A DNA stretch of 64,000 nucleotides from Selaginella moellendorffii (taxonomy: Eukaryota > Plantae > Lycopodiophyta), in NCBI RefSeq assembly GCF_000143415.4, contig NW_003314266.1, forward strand, positions 3,232,398 to 3,296,397, written 5' to 3'. How positions within the stretch are numbered: position 1 is the stretch's first letter; each line of letters begins with the position of its first letter. The position numbers and the translations under genes were made by a program. The notes under the pieces are model-generated. The model ran no database searches. It worked only from the letters and a program-made list of their open reading frames with translations, and was not told the origin of the DNA. Below, in pieces: positions 50,256-63,271 of the stretch.

Positions 50256-52362
50256 TTTGGTATCAAAGGATACGTCTCAGTGAGTACTATTCAATGAGGT
50301 TGGGCAACTAGTCTCATTGCATACGCAGAGATGAAAACGATGATTCGAGTGGGTACACATTTGGGCGTAAAGACTTTACAATTGTTCCTTGGGTATGGAT
50401 TTAGTTACCTTTTTGTACTGCATTACTACATTGCATGAGCTTGCTCTTGGGCTCATAAGAGGGATTGAGTTGTTCCGTTTGCACGAGTTTACGCTTGGGT
50501 TGCAATGCTCAATTCTTTTTCAGGACTTTGCTATTGCTCCTTGCATAGCTTGGTGTTAGATTAGTGTTGAGTTTGGTTAGAAAGAGAGTGGCATGAGCTT
50601 GTTTATGTTATGAATAAAAGTTGGTGGTGTTTAGTGTTGTAAATTTCTATTGGTGGAGTGTGGCATTTATGTTGCATTTTGTCAAAACGAGTTAGCACTT
50701 GATATTCAGGTAAACCTTTGTAGTAGTGACATGGGTGTTGCTCATAATGTTGCTTGATTGATAATCAAGTCATTGTAATACTTATATTATATCCATGTGA
50801 TAATGAGCAAAGTGTTTACGAAGTTGTTTGGTTAAACAATAATCAACCCCAAAGTGGTTGATGGTGAAGTTAGTCTACTTGCAAGTAGTAGCATTGAAGT
50901 AGCTTTGACTTGATTCTCGATGGTGGTCCATTATGCTAAGCTTAAGTTGATTCCTTGTTTCCTTGAGTGTTGGCCCATTGAGGTGTTGGAAAAGGTTATA
51001 GCATTCACTTGCTATGGCTTGTTGGTTGATTCGTTAGCACTTGGAATAGATCGTTGGATGGAGAAGGTGTGTAGTTGAGGCATTGACATTGCTAACACTT
51101 GTGCTAGTGGAGATGATATTGTTATTTCGAGTGATGAGGAATTTTCCTTGGAGCTAGAGTTTCCATGTCATTTTTCTTGTTAGTGTTTTGGCTTCATATT
51201 GGATCTTGAAGGTGGTTGAAGAAAAGTGTTAGTGCAATGTGGATATCCGAAGATGTGGTCTTCGTGATCAAGACTTGGATGTTCATTTTGCATTTTGCAG
51301 ATATCAGTATTGAATGTCGGAAGTATGGGCAAAAAGATGCTCTAGGCTTAAGCATACTATGGGTCATGAGAATTGGTGTTGAAATGAACCTATGTAAAGT
51401 TGTTGGTAGGAGGAAGTTGGTTGAATCTTGAAAATTTGTATTCCTAGACTGAGAGTCATTTTTTCTCTAGAATGGAAAATTTTTCACAAATTTTCTTAGG
51501 CTTTTCCAATGGCAACTTTGCTGAGACAAAATTGTTAGAACTACCATTGTCCAGCAGAATGCACCCTGGATGATTTCCAGCAATCCCTCAACTCAAATCA
51601 CATGGGATTCTGAAGCCAAGTCTATGGGATCATCACTCTAAATCCCATTGACTATACAGGCAATCATGGAGGTATACTTTTTGCCTGGATTCTCCTCGTA
51701 TTGCATTTCCTGAACCTTCTTCCTGCTCAAAGCTCTAGCACTCCAGCACTGAACCTGGATGAGTTCCAAGGCATCATTTGTAGGGCATTAGTGCCATCAA
51801 ATCAGGAATCCAAGCTTGATATGTGATACAACTCTCACCACCTCAAGAATTCTCCATCTTCCTGATGCACTTATGCATGTCTGCCAAGGATGCATGTGTG
51901 TCAACTTCAAGATTTTGGATATTACTGTTGAGAGCTTGCAATTCCAGCACCACCTCATCCACCATCCAAGCCTGAACAGATGATGGATTAGCAGCTTCCT
52001 CCATAGAATCCATAGCAACAAACTCACAGATTTTGTAACTCTAGCCTCTAATACCAATTGTTAGAACCTATGGAAGAATTATCATGTTGAAGTAGAGCAG
52101 ACTGCCACCTAGCCACCCCTAAGCCCTCTATACCACTGTTCACAGCAGTGAGCACACTCCACTGCCAAGTTATGAACTTATCCCCTGTTAAAATAAACTA
52201 ACTAAACTAAACTTAGTCATCCTTTAAGACACATGAATCCCAGGATTATAAAAATTCAGCTTCTTGACAGGATCCTCTCTGCGGTCATGAAATGCCTAGA
52301 CGAACTTCCTAGCCAACAGTGTCATGGGCATGCCCCAGTAGTCCTCATAGTTGACAACCCAG

Positions 52363-53325
52363 TCAAAGAGCACCATATTCCAATGCCTTGGTGGGAACCG
52401 CTAGAAGGATGTAGCCGGTGGAGACCCGATTCCACCAGATGGAATCCGCTTCCTCATACACGAGGACTTGTTTAGCGTCAAACTTTCCTAAAGTTCCATC
52501 GATCACAAATTGCGCAGGAGGACCCTGACACCGCAGGCCAAGCTCGAACGTGGAGATGCAGCCCACGGCTTCGATGCTCCTGATCTGGCATGGCTCCAGC
52601 GGCGTCAGTGAAGGCTCCATCTCGTTGTCATACACGTAGGCTGGAATGCTCCAAGGCGCTCCCCAGTAAAGGGCATTTGTGTGTGTACGACGCTGCTTGG
52701 GGCAGATGTTTCCATGAGCATAGCTCAGGTGATCGAGCAACGTCGTGTCGGGGCAGCCATATTGTTAGGCACCAGGTCAGGATAATAGGATAAAGAAAGG
52801 GCCCTGCAATCAAGTGATCACCCCTTTAGCCAGTTGGCTTAGGGTGTAAGGGATAGGATCCTAACATTGGTATCGGAGCCCAGTTCGATTCTCGTGGCTG
52901 ACGAGTGGGGCAGAAATATTCTGAAGGAATATTCAACATGGTGGATCTAGAGGGAGAACCAAGGTTTGGTAGACCCTAAGAGAAGGACCATGGTGACCGG
53001 ATGGTGGCCTAAGTATGATCGCGGACGATCATTCCCTGACGAGGGGGAGGATTGTTAGGCACCAGGTCAGGATAATAGGATAAAGAAAGGGCCCTGCAAT
53101 CAAGTGATCACCCCTTTAGCTAGTTGGCTTAGGGTGTAAGGGATAGGATCCTAACACATATGCAGTCAACTGCCGGTTGTAGTAGATATCGGAGAAGAGG
53201 AATAAGGAGGTGGTGCTGTTATCGTAGACGAGCTTGAGAGGAGCAGGAGCAGGAGCAGCTCGAGCTTCTGCGAGTGTGCTGCATCCGCGGGCAGATCCAC
53301 CGATAACTCCTGCCCCCACAAGCTA
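52363..53325 (-). pseudogene. Unknown-protein ORF interrupted by the TRIM
   Basis: Removing 52763-53161 fuses ..NRQLTAY|GCPDTTLLDHLSY.. in frame. No family recognised. Confidence 0.45.
52763..53156 (+). mobile_element. 394-bp TRIM (terminal-repeat retrotransposon in miniature)
   Basis: 104-bp LTRs (52763-52866, 53053-53156) with 1 mismatch. PBS TGGTATCGGAGC, PPT GAGGGGGAGGA, TSD CATAT on both sides. Confidence 0.95.
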
Positions 53326-53923
53326 AAATGTCAGCCGCGCTCTTGCGCTCTTCTACTCACTCACCTCCAAACCGCCGCCGCCACACCATGCCGTCTAACC
53401 CGCCGCACCGCGGGCAGATCCACCGATAGTTGCTGCGCCCACAAGCTAGATATCAGCCGGGCTCTTTCGCTCTACTCACTCACCTCAAACCCGCCACACC
53501 ATGCCGTTTAACCCTTGTCGAAAATTGTTTCTTTTAGGGCAAAGTCTAGATATTTACTTAGGATATTCCTTGAAATTCCTGAGTTTCACCTCTAAATGAA
53601 GCAAGATCACAAGAGACAAGTTGTTGTCTTTATTCCGTACAATTCTCATGAAATGCATGAGTGTGTTTGATCCCAATGCCTCCATGGAAAGAGATCCAAA
53701 GTGGTAGCAGGATATAGAGGAAACACAAGGTTTTTGAGAGGAGAGTAGTGCCTTTGAAATTTCTTTGTTGTGGCACTCTCAACCCCAATTGTGGTTCGAC
53801 ACCCTCACATACATGTTAACACATTTGCAACTTTGAGAGTTATGTGAAAAGTTGTTACGAATATGACTTCGGGTATCGAAAGCTACTTGTCAACTATCCT
53901 TTTGGATATTCTTTCCTGCCATG

Positions 53924-56750
53924 TGTCAAAACCCCCAACAAGATCAAGACTAGAAAATGCAGAAGACAAAGAGAAAAACTAGTGGAGACAAAGAAAAAGC
54001 CTTAGACTGACATTGATTCAGATTGTGGAGAAATAGAACAAGGCTAACCTATATATACTATAGGTTGATGAAGCTCCACCACTCTTGGATCAAGGACGGC
54101 CTAAATATAGCTGAGGTTGAGGAGGTGCCATATCATCATTAGGAATGTGGTTCAAGAATCAAGAATCAGAAAGTTAGGAATAGAGAAGTGTCTTGAGAGT
54201 CAGGAATGTGGTCTGTGGGTCAAGAATCTAGTGAGAGTCAGGAATGTGGCAAGAATTGGGGGATTCCTGACAACACCCCCTCCTCAAGAACGAGTGGAAC
54301 AAGGATGTGAATGAGAACGAAGAGGAGGATGAGATGGGCATCGAAGGACAGGAGATGGGGAATGAAAAGAATGAGGACTGGGATGAGAAGTATAGCGGCG
54401 GTGAAAGTCCTGAACAAGGTCAAGAGAATGAATTAGGTTGTCCGCAGGTTCCCAAGTGTGTTCCTCATGTCCGTAACCCTTTAAGTCTACCAAATAGTAG
54501 AGTTTAGACTGTGAGATCTTGGAATCAAGGATGTCCTGAACCTTGTACTCAAACCCATTCTTGAGCTGCACTGGTGGAGGCGGAGGAATGACTCAATTTG
54601 GAATAGGACTGGGAATATAAGACTCAAGGAGAGAGGAGTGAAAAACGAGGTGAATTTGATATGAGGAGGGAAGTGCAAGGTGATAAGTGACAGGATTAAT
54701 GATGGCAATGATAGGGAAAGGACTGATGCGTTTGAAATCAAGTTTGGGACAGCCTAGTGGTGGAGATATTTCGCCTGAGGAGCCAGGATTTATCCCCGGT
54801 ATTGTAAGGGGGACAATCCTAACAATGGACATTGGCAAATGTTTTGTGAGATTCCTAAGTACGATGGAGGTGGAAGGAGATGGAGTTGTGGATTTCCTAG
54901 AGGTTGGAGACAAATGCCTTAGAGCGGGGATTTGAACAAGAGGATTCGGATGGAGAAGGAAGTGAGAGATTGAATCAAGGACTTCGGCCAGAGTTTGCAA
55001 AGAAGGGGGAAACTTGAAGAGAGGAGTGAACAGAGTTAATATAAGAGAACTCAGCAAGGGGAAGGATATTGAACTAGTCATCCTGATGATAATTGATGAA
55101 GCATCTTAGGAATTGTTCCATAGTTTGAATCATTCGCTTGGACTGTCCATTAGTTTGAGGATGATATGCCGAAGAGAGGTTGGCCTTTACTCCAAGCAGC
55201 TGCAAGAATTGTTGCCAGAAATGAGAGATGAACTAAGGTCCCTCATCCGAAACCACTTCTATAGGAATCCCATGAAGTCAGAAAATTTCCCTGAATACCA
55301 GTTTTGTCATGTCCTTGCCTGAAAAGTCCTTGGTACATAGCAGGAAGTGCACCATCTTTGTGAAGCGATCCACCATGACTAAAATGCTGTTGAAGCCTTC
55401 AGAACTCAGAAGATCACACAAGAAATCCATGGAGATGGATTCCCAAGGACCTGAAGGGACCGGGAGGGAACAAAGAAAACTTGAAGGAAGGTGGTAAGGT
55501 ACCTTATTCCGAGTACAAGTGTCATAGGAGGTAACAAAAGCTTTGATGTAGTCGTCCATGTGAGGCCACCAAAAGTCCTGTGCAACCAGCTCATAGGTTT
55601 TCACAATGTCGAAGTGACCAGCAGTCAGGTTATCGTGGCACGCCATCAGGACCAACCTTCGAGCATCACCTTTAGGAATGTAACGCTGCTCCCCACGGTA
55701 CAACAAGCTATCTAAGAATTCAAACTCGTTAAATCGCCGGCAGTCGGGAGTCATTGGGTGTCCAGCCTAAAGATGGGGGAAAATGTCACTAGCGAGGTTA
55801 TCGGATTGAAGATCGTTTCTGATCACGTCTATCAAGGAGGAGTCCTGAGGGGCCAGAGAAATTGCCATAACTTGAAGTTGATCAGGACCGTGGATAACCT
55901 GATCCTATTGATTGAAAGCAAGATTACCAAGCCTAAGACTGAGATAGGAGTGCCTTGAAAGAGCATTAGGAAGGCCCTGAACCTTTCTAGGTCTATACTT
56001 GATAACAAAGTCAAACCGACTCAGAAATTGTGCCCACCTTGCCTAACAAAAGTTCAAAACTTGGGAAGTGGCAAAGTACTTGAGAGTTTTGTGATTCATC
56101 CAGACCATTATTTGATGGCTCGCCCCCTCCGAGAAACGATGCCACTCTCCAAAGGAATCCACGATGGCAAGGAGCTCCTTGTCATGGATTTTGTAGTTGA
56201 TCTCCATAGGTTTGAATTTCCGAGAATGGAAACTGACCGGATGAAATTCCTGATCCGCTCCGAGTTGAGACAGCACAGCATCAATGGCAAAGTTGGAGGC
56301 GTTTGCTTCAATGAAGAAAGGTTGTGAGGGATCAGGATGGATCAAGACAGGAGCAGAACTAAAGGCCACCTTGAGTGTGTCGAAGGCCTACTGGGTAGCA
56401 GCAGACCAAGAGAAGGGAACATCCTTGCGAGTAAGATGCATGAGAGGAAGGACAATGTCGGAGTAGTGATCAATGAATTTGCGGTAGAAGTTGGCGAAGC
56501 CAAGGAAAACCTGAACGTCCTATATTGATTATGGAGGCTCCCATTCAAGAATAGTCTTGACTTTGGTTGGATTCATCGTGATACCCTCAGGAGTGACAAT
56601 GTATCCATGGAACTCCACAAACTCTTGATCGAAGGAACATTTCTCAAGTTTTGCGTATAGGCCGTGTTCTCATAGATTTGCTAGCACCTTGCGCACATGC
56701 TTGTTGTGTTCCTCCTGAGTTTTTGAGTAGATGAGGATGTCATCAAGGTA
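53924..56750 (-). mobile_element. 3' part of an older Tcn1-like element: degraded RT-RH-INT-chromodomain and 3' LTR (53924-54272)
   Basis: Reverse-complement homology to ~22643-25507 with many stops and frameshifts; PPT at ~54275-54285. Confidence 0.88.
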
Positions 56751-57332
56751 GGTCTGGGGGCAACCTTTGCCCCTTAGGACTACTTGTCCATGTGATGAGA
56801 ATACCAACTCATCCACTTAATACACCCCCAACTCCTGGGGTTGTTCCAGCATTTATTAGAGGTAGCCCCGGCTACCTTTTCAAGGACTTGAGTCCTCTTC
56901 CGTATTTGACCTCCCACGGTCATTACTTCTGGTCTCACATTCATGAGCACCAACCTCAACTATATGAGGAAAATCTTGTGACTCCTTTATTGTTTTGGAG
57001 TCTCTATCTTTCCCGTGATCCCAACTTTAGTTGTTTACCATAACAACCTTAGCCAATTTGCTGAGACAAATGCTCATCCGGATCACATCCTCAACTCAAT
57101 GAGGAAAACCTTGCACTGTTCCCAAGATCCCAAAGTCGTTCCATTATTGGCCCTTTTCTATCCACCACCTCGTCTACAAGTTCACACATGAACTGTAATG
57201 GAGAGCCATGTCTTCCCGACCTGCTACTCCTCAAGGATAGGCCCACTTCTCGGACCTTCCGTTGCCAACACCAATGGTGATATACTTGAGCACCAATAAA
57301 AGTCGGACTAAGGAACAGCTCCGATACCAAGT

Positions 57333-59160
57333 TGTAAGCGACTAAATTTTCCATTCTACTTTAGTCACTTAACCACACCTCTGACCACTTGGAGGAGTCT
57401 CATTCACAACCTCCATAAGTCCAATCCAGGACTTGGGACTTGCTAGCCCCGAGAATGGCATCCATGCCACTCAACATTTGCACTTGGTCCAAGTGCTCCA
57501 CGTGTCCGATCCCATGACCGACACTCAAAGGTACCACCGACATAGCAGCCCGTTACGCTAAGGCCATGCCCATTCACCTTTGCCGCACTAGTGGTCCAAT
57601 ACCACTTGCATCACAATCCCGTCTCTCCAAGACTGGGCCATCTATCCACGAGTGGTCATCCTAGATCCACTCCTTAGCATCCTTAGGATGCCCACAGACC
57701 TGGGGAATTGCCTTCCCCGAAGTCCCTTTGTCAGTTCCTACTAAGTCCCTTTTCTGCCCCTGGCCGTGTTTGCCAACACTGCCACTGGATCGAGGCCCGT
57801 AGGCCCGACCACTAAGTCCCATGGTCCTCTGGGACTTCCTCACCACACGACTGTGTCCTTGGTCGCTACCCCAGAGGACTACTCCTCTTCCTTTCCACAG
57901 TCTAGGCCTTTGGGACAACATTTCGGAACACTGTGGCCTTACGCGAGCCACCTGGGTACTCTCCTCGCCTTCTGCCCTTGGGTGCTCTAGCCATGGGCTT
58001 AGAGCGGGTTCCGTTGAGCCACACCAGGTATCCAAGTAGGTAGTGCCACCCCCACTTGGACTGGGAGCATCGGCCAGTCAATCTCCCGGGGGAACTAGAG
58101 CCGGCTCTTGAACACTTCACCAAGCTACCCCGCTTGTCGGTCTGTGTTCACTCTAGTCTTGGACTTCCCAGGGGGCAGCTCATCACCAACCACTGGGTCT
58201 GGCTTTCCTGGGCCAAACTGGCTCCACTGCAGTCCTCCCCCTACTATACTTTTGGAGCTCTCCAAACCCCCCAGGGTCTGGGAGACGAACGCTTTGGGCT
58301 TTCACCCTCTCAGGCTCCGGACTCAGACTCGGACTCGGACTCGGACTCGGACTCGGACTCGGACTCGGACTCGGACTCGGACTTGGATTCAGACTCGGAC
58401 TCGGGCTCGGGCTCGGTCTCGGCCTCGGCCTCGGTCTCGGTCCCGATCTCGGTCTCGGTCTCGGTCTCGGTCCCGGTCTCGGTCCCGGTCTTGGTCTCGA
58501 CTTCTGACTCCATCTCGGACTCCATCTCGGACTCCATCTCGGACTCCATCTCGGACTCCATCTCGGACTCCATCTCGGGTCCATCTCGGGTCCATCTTTG
58601 GACTCCATCTCGGACTCCATCTCGGGTCCATCTCGGACTCCATCTCGGACTCCATTTCGGGTCCATCTCGGGTCCACCTCGGACTCCATCTCGGACTCCA
58701 CCTCGGACTCCATCTCGGGTCCATCTCGGACTCCACTTCGGACTCCAACTCAGGTCCATCTCGGGTCCACCTCAGACTCCATCTCGGACTCCATCTCGGA
58801 CTCCATCTCGGGTCCATCTCGGACTCCACTTCGGACTCCAACTAGGGTCCATCTCAGACTCCATCTCAGACTCCAACTTGGGTCCATCTCGGACTCCACT
58901 TCGGACTCCAACTCGAGTCTATCTCGGACACTCCCACGTGTCATGTGTTGGTCCTTTTGGGTCCCTTTTTGGAGCCTCGCCTTTTGCTCGCTTCGTGCTC
59001 GTTCCTCGAGCACTTCGTTGGGAGTTCCACTCCCAGTCTTGACTTTTCAAGTCGGAGCTTTTGGTCCAAACGTGTTACGCTCGTTTGGCTCTCGCTTCGG
59101 CCACTACCATGTGGCGCCCTTCCGGCTCCACTTTGGGGCCTAGGGATTTTGTGTCTCACA
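57333..59160 (-). mobile_element. 1.83-kb LTR of family F with an internal satellite
   Basis: TG..CA ends. Minus-strand PBS TGGTATCGGAGC at ~57318-57329 and PPT-like GGGTGGTGGAG at 59162-59172. Second copy starts at 62112. Confidence 0.8.
58316..58930. repeat. Compound satellite: (GACTCG)n, (GTCTCG)n, then (GACTCCATCTCG/GGTCCATCTCG)n
   Basis: Read directly; shorter version at 63115-63535. Confidence 0.93.
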
Positions 59161-62111
59161 ACTCCACCACCCATAGACGAAGTTCGATGTCCTCATCGAA
59201 CGGTAAACCCTTTCATAAAGTAACACCCACACGTGTTACCATTTCCATCCTTGGCACCTAGCCAATCTTTGTCTATGGTTTGACATCAAAGGCTCACCAT
59301 GCCTTGTCCATCCTTTAAGGAGCGTAGTCTCTCCAACTTAGAGATTGATTGGACCACATGTAATGGTTCTCTCCTTTTATTGGTTTAGTTCTCGCTAAAC
59401 CTTTTAGAGACCCTTCTCTAAGTCAATCCCACTACTCCTTCTCGAGTAGTCTCAATTTCCATCGATATAACCTTTGCACTTTGGAACTTTGAATTTTGAC
59501 TTCTTGGAGTCAATTTCCTAGGTGTCTCCGACACCTTGCCTTGCACCTTTTGTGCAACTCCACTTCCCATCCTAGGAAGTTCTCTACTCGAGGGCACCAT
59601 CATCCTCTCTTCTATTTCGTGCCAAAGTTCCAGTTATCATACTTTGTGCTAGGGCTGTTCATGGCCCTATCATTTGGCTACCTTACCGCTCCCTCCTTTG
59701 GAGCTTCCACTTTCGCCAAATCGGAGCATTTCGGAATCCCTCCTTGGAAACACACTTCCTTTCCCGCAACTTGTTAGCGTCCAACACATTAGTGTTCCTC
59801 GCCTAACTTTGTCACTTGGATTCCTTCCAAGGGATTCCACGGCCCTATCTTGGCCACTCATCTTTTGCTCCTATCCGTTGATTGTTGCACCAAGCAACAT
59901 CGAATCTCTACCTCCCTCCTTGAGGTATTGTTTCGGTTCCATAGCAAAGACTCTTCTTTGCCAAGTCCGGAGGATGTTCACCCCTAGTACGTCTCTTTAG
60001 CATCTTCTGCTATGGGCTCTATCCACGGCCCAACTTCGTGACCCTCCCATGGGTCTTTTATAGAGACTACTTTCCTCGGACTCACTATGCCATCGCACGG
60101 ACATAGTTTATTTCCCTTAGGTGCTCTTCCCACTTGGTTATCACGACCAAGCCACACCACCTTAAACAGTTCAATTCTAACATTTTGAACCAGGAACTTC
60201 ATTCCTTAGCCAACCAAGGACCTTGTCCTTATCTGGCCATAAGATCACCTAGTGATCTCACCTTGGCACCTTAACAGAGTTGCCAAGAGGTACTTGGTTT
60301 TCTAGACCTCCAAGTTGTTGACTATAACCCCGGGGGCATCCCCCACACTTGGCGGTGCACCCAAGCTAGCCCTTACGGCCAAGGGTTCATAGCAACTGAG
60401 ATTAGGTGTCCCCATCTCACTCACCACGACCTTGGTGCCACTTGCACCAAAGTGTTCAAGTTAGATATGCTGAGCTTTCACACTAAGCAATCTAACCGTG
60501 CATCACGACTCCGAGGCATCCCTCGCTTGGCGGTGTGCCCAAACCAGTCTTCCCACTGAGAGTCCATGACCACCGAAATATGAGTGTCCTCATATTCCAA
60601 ACCATCACCACACCCTAGTGATTTGGGACTCGAACCCAAGCACTAGAGGGTCGGGACTCGAACCCAACCTCCGTATATGCATCTACGGACGGCATCACAC
60701 AAGATGCCTGGCATGACTCCCCACGCCGGTGCACCAACTTATTTTTAAAGCGCGCTACAGATCACAACTTAGGAACCTAGTTCCTCCACACTGCCAAGTC
60801 CTCTCACTTGACATGTCTGTGATCATGCATGGACTCCTCCATACTCGGCCCCATGGCCCACCCCTTTTGAAGTTATCACCTTCAACTAGGGTATTTGTTC
60901 CCCCGACGTGCCAGTCTCGCTTGGCAAGTCCTCCGACCACTGTAACATGGTTCCTGCATAAGCGTGAAAGTCCTTGACCATCGACTTTCGTTCAAAGCCC
61001 TCTCTTTGAACACTCGGGAACTACTTCCCTAACCTTGATAGCCTTGCCTCATGGCAAGCTTCAAGACCACGCTTTTGCTGCGCCACTCTGATTTCGCGCG
61101 TTCCATGAACCATTTACACTTGGCCTTTCTAGGTACTAAGCTACCTAGAATCGTCTTTGGGAACCTTGAAGGAACTCTGTCCCTCAGCTTGTTAAGGCCT
61201 CCCTTTTTGCAAGCCCTCAAAATACCACATAGTCTAACATGGACAATTCCATATTTTAGACTCTCCATGGCATCACTGTTGCTAGCGGCAACACCCTCGA
61301 GCCCCCACTTGATTCTCCACTCCCAGCTGGCATAACCAACCTTGGTTATGCCCTTTGATTCCTATGGTTCAGTTCTATCCCCTTACTTCTTGCTTTTTGG
61401 CTTCACACCTTTCCTTTGGTCATTCTCCTCCAGACCAGGAGGATAGCTTTGCACTTTTCTATCACGCTTTAGCAAGTATTCTTAGGGATGAACCTACCCA
61501 ATAGCCTAGGGAGTGGTTCCTCAATCCGGATATGCTCACCTTATAATCCCACACACTGGGATTACATTGTTGCTTATGGGCCTTTACATGCCCATCACTA
61601 GCCTCGCCAAAATTCCATTTTTGGCTTTGTCCAACTCGGGTAGACAGTCCTCTCCTGTCTCCGCAACCTTGGACATTTGGATAGCACCTTCTACGCTAGG
61701 GACTTAGTCCCTTGGGCTTTATCCATTGCCCTTGCGACATCAAACACCACCTTCTGGTGTTCTAGAGTGTCCGGGTGTCCCAATGATGGCTTTCTTGACA
61801 ATGAGTATTTCCTTTTATGACATTGACTTACTATATCGCAACACAAGCAACTTATCCCCCGTAAGGGTATATCCGACTTCCTTATGCTATTAAGAAGTTT
61901 TGGGTAGCTACCTTCTACCCGTTAAACCGGTTATTTTCCACCTCTTGCTTAGTTGCCTCATAGTTGTCAAGTCCTACAACTCATTGCTTGGTGCTTTCAC
62001 ACCTCCATCATTATCTGGGTCACCACACTCCAACTGCATGCTCTGCAGCTTAGGCTATGCCATTCCCATTTCCATTGGGATTCCTTTGGCAAGGGGTTCT
62101 CATGAACCCAC
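59161..62111 (-). mobile_element. Degenerate internal region of the family-F element
   Basis: Lies beyond the PPT; 59363-59815 is repeated at 63535-64000; no intact ORF. Confidence 0.65.
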
Positions 62112-63239
62112 TGTAAGCGACTAATTTTTCCATTCTACTTTAGTCACTTAACCACACCTCCGACCACTTGGAGGAGTCTCATTCACAACCTCCATAAGTC
62201 CCATTCAGGACTTGGGGCTTGCTAGCCCCGAGAATGGCATCCATGCCACTCAACCTTTGCACTTGGTCCAAGTGCTCCACGTGTCCGATCCCATGACCGA
62301 CACCCAAAGGTACCATTGACATCTCGGCCCGTTACGCTAAGGCCATGCCCATTCACCTTTGCTGCGCAAATGGTCCAATACCACTTGCATCACCATCCCG
62401 TCTCTCCAAGACTGGGCCATCTGTCTACGAGGGGTCATCCTAGATCCACTCCTTAGCATCCTTAGGATGCCCACAGACCTGGGGAATCACCTTCCCCGAA
62501 GTCCCTTTGTCAGTTCCTACCAAGTCCCTTTCTGCCCCTGGCCGTGTTTGCCAACACTGCCACTGGATCGAGGCCCACAGGCCCGACCACTAAGTCCCAC
62601 GGTCCTCTAGGACTTCCTCACCACACGTCTATGTCCTTGGTCACTACCCCAGAGGACTGCTCCTCTTCCTTTCCACAGTCTGGGCCTTTGGGACGACATT
62701 TCGGAACACCGTGGCCTTACGCGAGCCACCTGGGTACTCTCCCCACCTATCACCTTTAGGTGCTCTAGCCATGGGCTTAGAGCAAGGTTCCGTTGAGCCA
62801 CGCCTGGTATCCAAGTAGGTAGTGCCACCCACACTTGGACTGGGAGCATCGGCCAGTCGATCTCCCGGGGGAACTAGAGCCGGTTCTTGAACACTTCACC
62901 AAGCTACCCCGCTTGTCGGTCTGTGTTCACTCTAGTCTTGGACTTCCCAGTGGGCAGCTCATCACCCAACACTGGGTCTGGCCTTCCTGGGCCAAACTGG
63001 CCTTTCCTGGCCAAACTGGCTCCACTGCAGTCCTCCCCCTTACTATACTTTTGGAGCTCACCAAACCCCCCAGGGTCTGGGAGACGAACGCTTTGGGCTT
63101 TCACCCTCTCAGGCTCCGGACTCGGACTCGGATTCGGACTCGGACTCGGACTCGGACTCGGACTCGGACTCGGATTCAGACTCGGACTCGGGCTCGGGCT
63201 TGGTCTCGGCCTCGGCCTCGGTCTCGGTCTCGGTCCTGA

Positions 63240-63271
<32 letters not shown>

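Noticed and set aside
52763-52866. TRIM as a Cassandra element with 5S rRNA
   Set aside because: The LTR is only 104 bp and I see no 5S A/C-box similarity.
58056-59223. SD/RS/ESEM-repeat ORFs as adhesin- or SR-like proteins
   Set aside because: They are open in nearly all frames only because the satellite lacks stop codons, and they lie inside an LTR. The same applies at 62835-63665.
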